A stretch of 64,000 bases of DNA from Leucoraja ocellata. Lineage: Eukaryota. The translations under genes and the position numbers were made by a program. The stretch is taken from NCBI GenBank assembly GCA_036785375.1, contig JAWMAR010000353.1, forward strand, positions 2,418,001-2,482,000, in the 5' to 3' direction. A model generated the notes under the pieces. The model was not told where the DNA came from and did not search any database. It worked only from the letters and a program-made list of their open reading frames with translations. Shown piece by piece: positions 26,351 to 37,782 of this stretch (its first letter is position 1; each line of letters starts with the position of its first letter).

Positions 26351-27352
26351 GGGTTCAGTATTGATGTGGATAGAGAACTGGCTGGCAAACAGGAAGCAAA
26401 GAGTAGGAGTAAACGGGTCCTTTTCACAATGGCAGGCAGTGACTAGTGGGGTACCCCAAGGCTCAGTACTGGGACCCCAGCTATTTACAATATATATTAA
26501 TGATCTGGATGAGGGAATTGAAGGCAATATCTCCAAGTTTGCGGATGACACTAAGCTGGGGGGCAGTGTTAGCTGTGAGGAGGATGCTAGGAGACTGCAG
26601 GGTGACTTGGATAGGCTGGGTGAGTGGGCAAATGTTTGGCAGATGCAGTATAATGTGGATAAATGTGAGGTTATCCATTTTGGTGGCAAAAACAAGAAAG
26701 CAGACTATTATCTAAATGGTGGCCGATTGGGAAAGGGGGAGATGCAGCGAGACCTGGGTGTCATGGTACACCAGTCATTGAAGGTAGGCATGCAGGTGCA
26801 GCAGGCAGTAAAGAAAGCGAATGGTATGTTAGCTTTCATTGCAAAAGGATTTGAGTATAGGAGCAGAGAGGTTCTACTGCAGTTGTACAGGGTCTTGGTG
26901 AGACCACACCTGGAGTATTGCGTGCAGTTTTGGTCTCCAAATCTGAGGAAGGACATTATTGCCATAGAGGGAGTGCAGAGACGGTTCACCAGACTGATTC
27001 CTGGGATGTCAGGACTGTCTTATGAAGAAAGACTGGATAGACTTGGTTTATACTCTCTAGAATTTAGAAGATTGAGAGGGGATCTTATAGAAACTTACAA
27101 AATTCTTAAGGGGTTGGACAGGCTAGATGCAGGAAGATTGTTCCCGATGTTAGGGAAGTCCAGGACAAGGGGTCACAGCTTAAGGATAAAGGGGAAATCC
27201 TTTAAAGCCGAGATGAGAAGAACTTTTTTCACGCAGAGAGTGGTGAATCTCTGGAACTCTCTGCCACAGAGGGTAGTTGAGGCCAGTTCATTGGCTATAT
27301 TTAAGAGGGAGTTAGATGTGGCCCTTGTGGCTAAGGGGATCAGGGGGTATGG
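26351..27352 (+). mobile_element. CR1 LINE ORF2 C-terminal part, open frame, runs into a gap
   Basis: Uninterrupted RT C-terminus from WIENWL to KGIRGY. Confidence 0.97.
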
Positions 27353-27552
27353 NNNNNNNNNNNNNNNNNNNNNNNNNNNNNNNNNNNNNNNNNNNNNNNN
27401 NNNNNNNNNNNNNNNNNNNNNNNNNNNNNNNNNNNNNNNNNNNNNNNNNNNNNNNNNNNNNNNNNNNNNNNNNNNNNNNNNNNNNNNNNNNNNNNNNNNN
27501 NNNNNNNNNNNNNNNNNNNNNNNNNNNNNNNNNNNNNNNNNNNNNNNNNNNN
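27353..27552. other. Assembly gap
   Basis: N run; other gaps at 30376-30618, 37569-37724, 57577-57732 and 57746-57928. Confidence 1.
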
Positions 27553-28312
27553 CCTGACCCGAGTGACCCCAACCCCCCCCCTGGACCCGAGTGACCCCAA
27601 CACCCCCTGACCCGAGTGACCCCCAACACCCCCTGACCCGAGTGACCCCCAACCCCCCTGGACCCGAGTGACCCCAACCCCCCTGGACCCCAGTGACCCC
27701 CAACCCCCCTGACCCGAGTGACCCCCAACCCCCCCTGGACCCGAGTGACCCCCAACCCCCCCCTGGACCCGAGTGACCCCCAACCCCCCCTGGACCCGAG
27801 TGACCCCCAACCCCCCCCTGGACCCGAGTGACCCCAACCCCCCCTGACCCGAGTGACCCCCAACCCCCCTGGACCCGAGTGACCCCCAACCCCCCCTGAC
27901 CCGAGTGACCCCCAACCCCCCTGGACCCCAGTGACCCCCAACCCCCCCTGACCCGAGTGACCCCCAACCCCCCTGGACCCGAGTGACCCCCAACCCCCCT
28001 GACCTGAGTGACCCCCAACCCCCCTGACCCGAGTGACCCCCAACCCCCCTGGACCCGAGTGACCCCCAACCCCCCCTGACCCGAGTGACCCCCAACCCCC
28101 CTGGACCCCAGTGACCCCCAACCCCCCTGACCCGAGTGACCCCCAACCCCCCTGGACCCGAGTGACCCCCAACCCCCCTGACCCGAGTGACCCCCAACCC
28201 CCCTGGACCCGAGTGACCCCCAACCCCCCTGGACCCCAGTGACCCCCAACCCCCCTGACCCGAGTGACCCCCAACACCCCTGGACCCGAGTGACCCCCAA
28301 CCCCCCCCTGGG
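27553..28312. repeat. C-rich minisatellite, ~27-29 bp unit CTG(G)ACCCGAGTGACCCCCAACCCCC
   Basis: Direct reading. Confidence 0.97.
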
Positions 28313-28344
28313 TCCAGACCTTCCTCTCCCCCCACAGGCCCCAC

Positions 28345-28430
28345 CCACCGTTGCCAGGCAGCCGGTAGCCCCGCCCACAAAGGGAGTGTGCCACGCCCAC
28401 TGACGTCACTCTGGTCAAGCCCCGCCTCTG
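28345..28430. promoter_or_regulatory. Promoter-like cluster: RFX X-box-like site, GC boxes and a perfect CRE
   Basis: GTTGCCAGGCAGC at 28350, CCCCGCCC at ~28369, CCACGCCC at 28391, TGACGTCA at 28401-28408. Confidence 0.4.
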
Positions 28431-28454
28431 CTGACCCAAGCCGGACATGTATCG

Positions 28455-29270
28455 GTCAGACTGGTCTGGGAGGTATTGGTCATTCACTGGTCTGGGACTG
28501 AGGGGGGTACCGGCCACTCTCTGGTCTGGTCTGTGCTGGTCACTCACTGGTCTGGGATGTACCCGTCACTCACTGGTCTGGGGGTATTGGTCACCCACTG
28601 GTCTGGGATGTACCCGTCACTCGCTGGTCTGGGGGTATTGGTCACTCACTGGTCTGGGATGTACCGGTCACTCACTGGTCTGGAATGTACCCGTCACTCA
28701 CTGGTCTGGGGGTATTGGTCACTCACTGGTCTGGGATGTACCCGTCACTCACTGGTCTGGGGGTATTGGTCACTCACTGTTCTGGGATGTACCCGTCACT
28801 CACTGGTCTGGGGGTATTGGTCACTCACTGGTCTGGGATGTACCCGTCACTCACTGGTCTGGTCTGTGCTGGTCACTCACTGGTCTGGGATGTACCCGTC
28901 ACTCACTGGTCTGGGGGTATTGGTCACTCACTGGTCTGGGATGTACCAGTCACTCACTGGTCTGGGGGTATTGGTCACTCACTGGTCTGGGATGTACCGG
29001 TCACTCACTGGTCTGGGGGTATTGGTCACTCACTGGTCTGGGATGTACTGGTCACTCACTGGTCTGGGGGTATTGGTCACTCACTGGTCTGGGATGTACC
29101 CGTCACTCACTGGTCTGGTCTGTGCTGGTCACTCACTGGTCTGGGATGTACCCGTCACTCACTGGTCTGGGGTATTGGTCACTCACTGGTCTGGGGTATT
29201 GGTCACTCACTGGTCTGGGGGTATTGGTCACTCACTGGTCTGGGAGGTACCGGTCACTCTCTGGTCTGGG
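28455..29270. repeat. Minisatellite, ~25 bp alternating units GTCACTCACTGGTCTGGG(ATGTACCC/GGTATTG)
   Basis: Direct reading. Confidence 0.97.
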
Positions 29271-29948
29271 AGCCAAGGAAATACCGGTCATTCATGGATC
29301 TGGGTTTAATCTCCAGTTCCCATCTCCTTCAGTGAGACCATAAGACATGGGACAGAATTAGGCCATTCGGTCCATCGCGCTGCTGCACCATTCGAACATG
29401 GCTGATCTACCTTTCCCTCTCAATCCCATTCTCTTCCCTTGGATGATACAGCACAGAAACAGGCCCTTCGGCCCAATTGTCGCATTCTGGTATTTTATTT
29501 AATTCACATGTTTAAACTACAATGATTCATTCATTAATTGTCACTGCATGTGGTGTTGTTACTGGCGAGCGGAGCACCAAGGCAAATTCCTTGTATGTGT
29601 ACATACTTGGCCAATAAATGTATTCATTCATTCATTCATCCACTTGCCCATGGAGGACCAAGATGCTCCATCTACACTAGTCCCTCCTGCCCACGTTCCG
29701 CCCCTTTCCCTTGACCATCCACCTATCAACCTCTGCTATAAACATACCCACTGACTTGTGGCCTCCACAGCCTTCTGTGGAAATTAATTCCACAGATTCA
29801 CCACTCTCTGACTAAAGAAATTCCCCTTCCGAAAAGATCATAATGTAATCTTGAGGCTGTGGCCTCTAGTCCTAGACTTTCCCACTGTTGGAGATATCCT
29901 CTCCACATCCACTCTATCCAGGCCTGTCACTGTTGGTGCAGTTTCAAT

Positions 29949-29981
29949 CAAAGATCCTAGAGGAGCAAGATAGACCACTCC
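29949..29981 (+). mobile_element. DNA transposon terminal inverted repeat (left-type end)
   Basis: CAAAGATCCTAGAGGAGCAAGATAGACCACTCC is the reverse complement (3 mismatches) of 33297-33329. Confidence 0.7.
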
Positions 29982-30077
29982 TTCGAAATCCAATGGACTG
30001 GCGTGTAGTACGTGACAGAACGTCACGGCCGCCATTTTTCAATGCGACACGCGACTTCCACCCGCTGTGATCCAAAG

Positions 30078-30108
30078 CAAAGATTATAGAGCTCCGCTAT
30101 AATCTTTG
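30078..30108. mobile_element. 31-bp TIR-tip hairpin with a perfect 8-bp TSD (ATCCAAAG)
   Basis: 12-bp arms CAAAGATTATAG/CTATAATCTTTG; TSD at 30070-30077 and 30109-30116. Confidence 0.85.
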
Positions 30109-30618
30109 ATCCAAAGCAAAGATCCTCGAGTATCTTGTAGCGGGAACAGCCCCCTCCTTTGCGTAGTTTCCCTTGCATTGTATTGCTTTAACACACACTG
30201 CACAAAATTAAATTTAACGTATACATATTATATATATTTATATGAATGTGTGTCTGTGTGTGAGAGGCAAGTTAGAGATAATTAAGTTTATTCTCATGGA
30301 TCAGAAGCAACTTTGATTTAAATAATCACTATTAATGTATTTGTCTTGTAAGATGATATACATAAACCATAAAGGNNNNNNNNNNNNNNNNNNNNNNNNN
30401 NNNNNNNNNNNNNNNNNNNNNNNNNNNNNNNNNNNNNNNNNNNNNNNNNNNNNNNNNNNNNNNNNNNNNNNNNNNNNNNNNNNNNNNNNNNNNNNNNNNN
30501 NNNNNNNNNNNNNNNNNNNNNNNNNNNNNNNNNNNNNNNNNNNNNNNNNNNNNNNNNNNNNNNNNNNNNNNNNNNNNNNNNNNNNNNNNNNNNNNNNNNN
30601 NNNNNNNNNNNNNNNNNN

Positions 30619-31790
30619 GTAGAGGAACCAACGAGAGAGCAGGCTATTTTAGACTGGGTATTGAGTAATGAGGAAGGGTTAGTTAGCAATCTTGTTGTAC
30701 GTGCCCCCTTGGGCAAGAGTGACCATAATATGGTTGAGTTCTTCATTAGGCAGGCAGTGACTAGTGGGGTACCTCAAGGCTCAGTGCTGGGACCCCAGCT
30801 ATTTACAATATATATTAATGATCTGGATGAGGGAATTGAAGGCAATATCTCCAAGTTTGCGGATGACACTAAGCTGGGGGGCAGTGTTAGCTGTGAGGAG
30901 GATGCTAGGAGACTGCAAGGTGACTTGGATAGGCTGGGTGAGTGGGCAAATGTTTGGCAGATGCAGTATAATGTGGATAAATGTGAGGTTATCCATTTTG
31001 GTGGCAAAAACAGGAAAGCAGACTATTATCTAAATGGCGGCCGACTAGGAAAAGGGGAGATGCAGCGAGACCTGGGTGTCATGGTACACCAGTCATTGAA
31101 AGTAGGCATGCAGGTGCAGCAGGCAGTGAAGAAAGCGAATGGTATGTTAGCTTTCATAGCGAAAGGATTTGAGTATAGGAGCAGGGAGTTTCTATTGCAG
31201 TTGTACAGGGTCTTGGTGAGACCACACCTGGAGTATTGCGTACAGTTTTGGTCACCAAATCTGAGGAAGGACATTATTGCCATAGAGGGAGTGCAGAGAA
31301 GGTTCACCAGACTGATTCCTGGGATGTCAGGACTGTCTTATGAAGAAAGACTGGATACACTTGGTTTATACTCTCTAGAATTTAGGAGATTGAGAGGGGA
31401 TCTTATAGAAACTTACAAAATTCTTAAGGGGTTGGACAGACTAGATGCAGGAAGATTGCTCCCGATGTTGGGGAAGTCCAGGACAAGGGGTCACAGCTTA
31501 AGGATAAGGGAGAAATCCTTTAAAACCGAGATGAGAAGAACCTTTTTCACATAGAGAGTGGTGAATCTCTGGAACTCTCTGCCGCAGAGGGTAGTCGAGG
31601 CCAGTTCATTGGCTATATTTAAGAGGGTTAGATGTGGCCCTTGTGGCTAAGGGGATCAGAGGGTATGGAGAGAAGGCAGGTACGGGATACTGAGTTGGAT
31701 GATCAGCCATGATCATATTGAATGGCGGTGCAGGCTCGAAGGGCCGAATGGCCTACTCCTGCACCTAATTTCTATGTTTCTATGTTTCTA
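30619..31790 (+). mobile_element. CR1 LINE with an internal deletion and (TTTCTATG)n tail
   Basis: Endonuclease end (KSDHNMVEF) fused to SGVPQGS of the RT; tail at 31769-31790. Confidence 0.95.
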
Positions 31791-32315
31791 TTATTTTCCA
31801 ACGATCAATAAATTTACGATCAGTTCCTGTGGATTGGAGGATAGCTAATGCTATCCCACTTTTCAAGAAAGGAGCGAGAGAGAAAACGGGGAATTACAGA
31901 CCAGTTAGCCTGACTTTGGTGGTGTGAAAGATGCTGGAGTCAATTATTAAAGATGTAATAATGGGGCATTTGGATAGCAGTAAAATGATTAGTCCAAGTC
32001 AACATGGATTTATGATTTTACAATGCATTTAAGCCTCTCCCATTTTTATGAGATGAATTCCTGGAATATGTAGGAAGTTTATTGTAACCTAGTGCTACTT
32101 GCCTGAACAATGGATGATATATCACTTAAATGCAATTGTTTTCAGTTGTGTGGAGAGACCTGTATATTGAAAATGCGTTTTGCCTCTAATATGTCAATTT
32201 ACCTTAAATGTAGAAGAGCTTATTAAAATCTTCTTACAAAGACCATTAAGTATTTTCTATCTATCCTCTTTTGGACCCAAGGCATGGCAGAGCTGCCAAC
32301 TCTCACGAAGAGGTA

Positions 32316-32590
32316 AGGGGGGGAGAGATGGAAGGGAGGGAGAGAGGAAAGGGAGGGAGATCGCGAAGAGAGGGGGGAGAGAGATCGAGAGAGATCGAGA
32401 GAAGAGAGGGGAGCGAGAGATCGAAAGGAGGGGAGAGAGAGATCGAGAGAAGAGAGGGAGAAGGGGGGAGAGAGAGAAGGGGGAGAGGGAGAAGGGGGGG
32501 GAGAAGGGGAAAGGGGGGGACAGGGAGAAGGGGGGAGGGAGAAGGGGGACAGGGACAAGGGGAAGAGGGAGAAGGGGGAGAGGGAGAGTG
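32316..32590. repeat. Polypurine (GA/G-rich) low-complexity tract
   Basis: Direct reading. Confidence 0.9.
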
Positions 32591-32631
32591 GAACGATAGC
32601 ACATTATAACGCACAGCCGTCCCATTCCGAC

Positions 32632-32743
32632 CAAAGATTATAGAGCAGAGCTCCACTAGTATCTTTGATTGCGGCCGCCGCCACCGAACCCCCCGACCCA
32701 CCATTGCACCCAAAGATGATAGAGCAGAGTTATATAATCTTTG
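32632..32743. mobile_element. Two TIR-tip hairpins (32632-32667 and 32711-32743) with 8-bp TSDs
   Basis: Flanks are ATTCCGAC/ATTGCGGC for the first and a perfect ATTGCACC/ATTGCACC for the second. Confidence 0.85.
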
Positions 32744-33296
32744 ATTGCACCCTTCTTCATGGCGGGCTTGTGATCTTTGCTTGTGATGTCTCGACAATTC
32801 GAGGGACATAACGGGTAACAGCCACCGCCTTCCTTCCCGGACACGAATCTGAGCTCGAAAAATCTCCTGGTCACTGGGCCTAATGTGTCCCGCGGGCCAT
32901 ATTGTGGAGACCAATCCCTTACAAGATCAAAACCAAAAACCCAAAGAAGTGTTAAAATTATTGTCTTTATTATTGTGATGAGTAAAGATATATTAAAAAT
33001 AAGTCTAATAACTTTCTAATGTACCAACAAACCCAGTTTCCCAATGGCCGTTGAGGGGAGAACAGAAAATAACATTTTCACCACAGAATAGCGACTGAAA
33101 ATAATAAAAATATTTTCTCACGTTTCTTTTTTATAGCGGGAACCTAAAGAATGACAGGTCGGGTTGTTTAGATTTACGATTAGAATACTTGATAGCAGAG
33201 CAGTGAGATGAAATTTAGATAAGGACGTCATGACAGTGTGGGGGAAGCCCAATAAATGCGTCGACGATCACACACGTGATACTACGCGTTTTTCCA

Positions 33297-33329
33297 GGAG
33301 TGGTCTATCTTGCTTCTCTATAATCTTTG
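33297..33329 (-). mobile_element. DNA transposon terminal inverted repeat (right-type end)
   Basis: Reverse complement of 29949-29981. Confidence 0.7.
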
Positions 33330-33755
33330 CTCCTGTGGGGAGGAGAGGAGAGGAGAGGGGAGCGGTCACTGGGAGAGTTGGTCCAGCGGCCAGTAACCCC
33401 AACCCGGCCCAGCACCCAGTGCCCAGCAACCTGAACCATCCCCTCCAATCCCAATCCCCCCCTTAACTCCCCCCCCCCCCCCCATCGCTCGCACCCCAAG
33501 GGAAGAAATGGGCGGGGAGAGGGGGTTTGTAGGGAGTGGGCCGGGAGGGGGGGAGGAAGAGAGAGGGGTGGGGGCTGGTCCGCGGGAGTTGGCGGGAAAG
33601 GGAGGGGGAGATGGTGAGAGGGGAGGAGGCGAGGTCAGGGTGGGGAGAGGGGAGAGTAAGGAGTGGGCCGGGCAGGGGGGAGGGAAGAGAGAGAGGGGAG
33701 CGGGAGGGGGGAGAAGGGAGGAGGGGAGTGGGAGACGGTGGGAGGGGGGACTCAC

Positions 33756-33869
33756 CTCGATGACCCGGTCCCGTTGGGCCTCGTTCACCTTCCCTGCCAG
33801 GCAGCAGTAGCGCGTTGTGCAGGATCAGCCGTTTGGACTTGGTGCTCGGCTCCTTGAACAGCTTTAGGC
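33756..33869 (-). pseudogene. CAMSAP: Orphan CAMSAP-family CKK-domain exon with a 5-nt deletion
   Basis: GLKLFKEPSTKSKRLILHNA/YCCLAGKVNEAQRDRVIE matches the CAMSAP GPKLxKEPSxKSN...HCCLAGKVNE motif; flanked by CAG and GTGAGT splice sites. Confidence 0.85.
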
Positions 33870-34394
33870 CTGGGCGGGGGGGGGGGGGGGGGGGGGCAAG
33901 GGGTCAAACAGCCGAACCCCCGCCCCCTCCTCCGACCCTTCCACTCAACACGCCCCCCCCCCCCCCCCCATATCCCCGCACGCCCCCGTATGTATATGTA
34001 TATTACGAGTAGAGTATTTTGCTGTACCCCTTCCCCTGTCTCTTTCTACGGAGGGAGCAGAGGGAAGCATGAGAACGAAGAAGTGTCCAGACCCTAGACG
34101 TGTTCTGTCATTTCCTTACACGTGTGTTGCCTGACCCACGGACTTCCTCCAGCAGTTTGTTTTTATTTCTCACCGTTTACCCGCTTCCCGTCCACTTCCA
34201 CCCCAATTAGGAAACTCCATGAAACATGTTTTAGTCCATGGGATGTTGGTGGGTGGGAAAACGCCGGGATATCGTCCAGTTATCCGCCCGCCTGTGCCTG
34301 AGGCTGAGCGGCCTCTCCCCCGGTCCCGGGGCCGCGCTGCCCGAGTCTCCCCCCGACCCCCGGGGACTCTCTGATTCTCTGCTTCTCCCCCCAG

Positions 34395-34927
34395 TCTCCG
34401 TCACCCTGGATGTGGAAACAGCGAATCCAGAGCTCGAGGTGTCTGAGGATCGGAAGAGGGTGAGACGGACCTGGACCGGGAGGAGTCTCCCTGACACCGG
34501 GAAGAGGTTTACAGTCTGGCCGTGTGTGCTGGGATCGGAGGGATTCACATCGGGGAGACATTACTGGGAGGTGGAGATGGCGGGGAGTCGGCGCTGGAGG
34601 CTGGGAGTCGCCGCAGAGTCTGTGGAGAGGAAGAGATGGGTCCCACTGACCCCGGAGACTGGAGTCTGGAGCATCGAGCAGTGGGGTGACGGGTTTCATG
34701 CATTCACCACCCCTCCATTCCCTCTCCCCGCCCGTCCCATCCCCGGGAGGGTGGGAGTTTATCTCAGTTACGAGTCTGGGACAGTTTCATTTTACAACGC
34801 GGACACCAAGTCCCATCTCCACACCTTCACTGGGAATAAATTCACAGAGAAACTTTATCCTTTCTTCAGGAATTGGGATTTAAACAAGTGGCTGAGAATC
34901 TGCTCAGGTTCCGCTCCGGGTGTGTAA
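34395..34927 (+). CDS. B30.2/PRY-SPRY terminal exon (TRIM- or butyrophilin-type)
   Basis: Pyrimidine tract and CAG acceptor; VTLDVETAN, CVLGSEGFTSGRHYWEV, RVGVYLSYESGTVSFYN, LYPFF; TAA stop; AATAAA near 35074. Confidence 0.93.
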
Positions 34928-35121
34928 AAGGGTCGGGTCCCGGGACCGGCGTCAGAAGCGGGGCTCAGGGGCTGTGGGGCAGAAACCCGGTGGACAACAG
35001 GTCGGCGCTGAACGAACGGCTCCCATTTAATTCCCAAATTCCGCGTCGTGAAACAAACCCCAGTGAGCGCGGAAATAAAACCAGGGGGAATGTAAATGTG
35101 GCCTTGCCGAGGCAGCATGAA

Positions 35122-35464
35122 GTGTAGATGTGTACAAAATCATGAGAGGAACAGATCGGGTAGATGCACAGAGTCTCTTGGCCAGAGTAGGGGAATCGAG
35201 GACCAGAGGACATAGGTTCAATGTGAAAGAGATAAGATATCTGAGGGGTAACTTTTTCACACAGAGGGTGGTGGGTGGATGGAACAGTAGTTGGGGCTGG
35301 GACTATCCAATCGTTTATGCAACATTTAGACAGGTACATGGATAGGACAGATTTGGAGGGATATGGACCAAGCGCAGGCAAGTGGGACTAGTGTAGATGG
35401 GACATGTTGGCCGGTGTAGGCAAGTTGGGCCGAAGGGCCTGTTTCCATACTGTATCACTCTATG
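35122..35464 (+). mobile_element. CR1 3' end fragment
   Basis: YKIMRGTDRVD..ESRTRGH..FFTQRVV followed by 3' UTR. Confidence 0.85.
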
Positions 35465-35663
35465 ACCAAGAGTCAATGGAAGGGGAGGTTGGTTTGCGCG
35501 ATGGTCTGGGCTGTGTGCACAGTTCTCAACTGTCGCTCATCCCTCCTCTCCATAGATGCTGCCTGTCCAGCTGAGTTACTCCAGCATTCTGTGTCCTTCT
35601 TCAATGTAAACCTGCATCTGCAGTTCCTTCCTACAGATAAAATGCTTTCTGCGGCGCAGTACT

Positions 35664-36126
35664 AGTGTGATACAGTGTGGAAACAGGCCCTTCGGCCCAA
35701 CTAGCCCATAGAAGCCAACATGCCCCATCTACCCTAGTCACAGAGTGTTATAGTGTGGAAACAGGCCCTTCGGCCCTACTTGCCCATACTAGCCAACATG
35801 CCCCAGCTACACTAGTCACAGAGTGATACAGAGTGGAAACAGGCCCTTCAGCCCAACTTGCCCATACTAGCCAACAATGTCCCAGCTACACTAATCAGAG
35901 TGATACAGAGTGGAAACAGGCCTTCGGCCCAACTTGCCCATACTAGCCAACAATGTCCCAGCTACACTAATCAGAGTGATACAGAGTGGAAACAGGCCCT
36001 TCGGCCCAACTTGCCCATACTAGCCAACAATGTTCCAGCTACACTAGTCACAGAGTGATACAGTGTGGAAACAGGCCCTTCAGCCCAACTTGCCCACACC
36101 AGCCAACATGTCCCATCTACACTAGT
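35664..36126 (-). repeat. Tandem array (~6 x 78 bp) of the CR1 3' terminus
   Basis: Unit is the reverse complement of 35385-35462. Confidence 0.9.
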
Positions 36127-36324
36127 CTCAACAAAGCTCTTGTGGCGACCCCTGGTGGTGAGCCACGCACTGTACATAACCTTCGGCTCTGGGTAGACAA
36201 TAGACAACAGGTGCAGGTCCAGGCCATTCGGCCCTTCATGTCCTGACCAGAGGTGGTGGTCACGGGTGCCCCTGGGGTTATTTAAGGTGGTAATCACGCG
36301 CGCGCACACGGGGTGGTGGGTTTT

Positions 36325-36517
36325 TATATATTTTTATTTTTTATTACACAAATACTTTTATTCAAAAACTACAAATAAAGATACAGTATTAACACAATCA
36401 AAGGCTGCCTATGTTGACAGTTCATCAAATTAATATGATGCCAACTTGATCAACAAACACACGACCTCCCGCGGCGACCAGCATTCACGGACGGTCTCCA
36501 GAGTCCCCGTGGACACC
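36325..36517 (-). mobile_element. Tx1/L1-like 3' end with A-rich tail
   Basis: VSTGTLETVRECWSPREVVC C-terminus resembling 43427-43490. Confidence 0.55.
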
Positions 36518-36677
36518 TCGTGTGTGTTCCCTCTCCACACACTGATGGTAACAACAGTGAGGTGAAACTGCATCCTTCACTCTGCAACTGTGCTCTCTGC
36601 CAGCTTCCATCCGTTGCTGTACCCTCAGCCACTGGTCCCCCTCCTAGACACACACTCACACACACACACATATATAG

Positions 36678-37555
36678 TCAAGTCAAGAGAGTTTATTGTC
36701 ATGTCTCCCAGATAGGACAATGAAATTCTTGCTTGCTGTAGCACAACAGAATATAGTAAGCATAAATACAGAACAGTTCAGTGTGCCTATATAGCATAGA
36801 CCATATATACACACATAAATAAACAGATAAAGTACAATAGGCTGTTATAGTTCAGAGTTTGTTTGAGTTGAGTTTAATAGCCTGATGGCAGTGGAGAGAT
36901 GAGTGTGTGGCCAGGATGGTGTGGGTCCTTGATGATGCTGCCAGCCTTTTTGAGGCAGCAACTGCGATAGATCCCTTCGATGGTGGGGAGGTCAGAGCCG
37001 ATGATGTACTGGGCAGTGGTCACAACTTTCTGCATTCTTTTCCGCTCCTGGACGTTGAAGTTGCCGAATCAAGCCACAATGCAACCGGTCAGCATGCTCT
37101 CTACTGTGCACCAGTAGAAGTTAGAGAGATTCCTCCTTGACAAACCAACTCTCCGTAATCTTCTCAGGAAGTAGAGGCGCTGATGTGCTTTCTTTACAAT
37201 TGCATCAATGTGCTGGGACCAGGAAAGATCTTCAGAAATATGCACACCCAGGAACTTCTTGACTCTTTCCACCATATAAACGGGATTGTGGTTCCCTATC
37301 CTACCCCTTCCAAAGCCCACAATCAGTTCCTTGGTGTTGCTGGTGTTGAGAGCCAGGTTATTGTGCTGGCACCATTTGGTCAATAGGTCGATCCCACTTC
37401 TATACTCTGACTCGTCCCCATCAGTGATTCGTCCCACAACAGTAGTGTCGTCGGCGAACTTGATGATGGAGTTCGCACTATGACTGTCTACACAGTCATG
37501 AGTATAGAGTGAGTACAGCAGGGGGCTGAGCACGCAGTCTTGAGGTGCTCCCGTG
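36678..37555 (-). mobile_element. Rex1/Babar LINE RT C-terminus and 3' tail
   Basis: [42 protein letters not shown]. Confidence 0.9.
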
Positions 37556-37782
37556 TGTGTATACACACNNNNNNNNNNNNNNNNNNNNNNNNNNNNNNNN
37601 NNNNNNNNNNNNNNNNNNNNNNNNNNNNNNNNNNNNNNNNNNNNNNNNNNNNNNNNNNNNNNNNNNNNNNNNNNNNNNNNNNNNNNNNNNNNNNNNNNNN
37701 NNNNNNNNNNNNNNNNNNNNNNNNNGAAACACAAGTAAATATATATGTATACGCACACACACAGTCGCACAAACACATATTT

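Noticed and set aside
27173-29343. Gly-rich or repetitive ORFs resembling silk/collagen
   Set aside because: Translations of minisatellites and N gaps, open in several frames
32180-32634. Arg/Glu/Gly-rich ORFs
   Set aside because: Polypurine low-complexity sequence
33137-33157. 21-nt candidate BTN heptad exon
   Set aside because: Stop codons in phases 0 and 1 and a weak donor
34238-34394. N-terminal extension of the B30.2 ORF
   Set aside because: Reads through intron-like sequence ending in a clear pyrimidine tract and CAG acceptor
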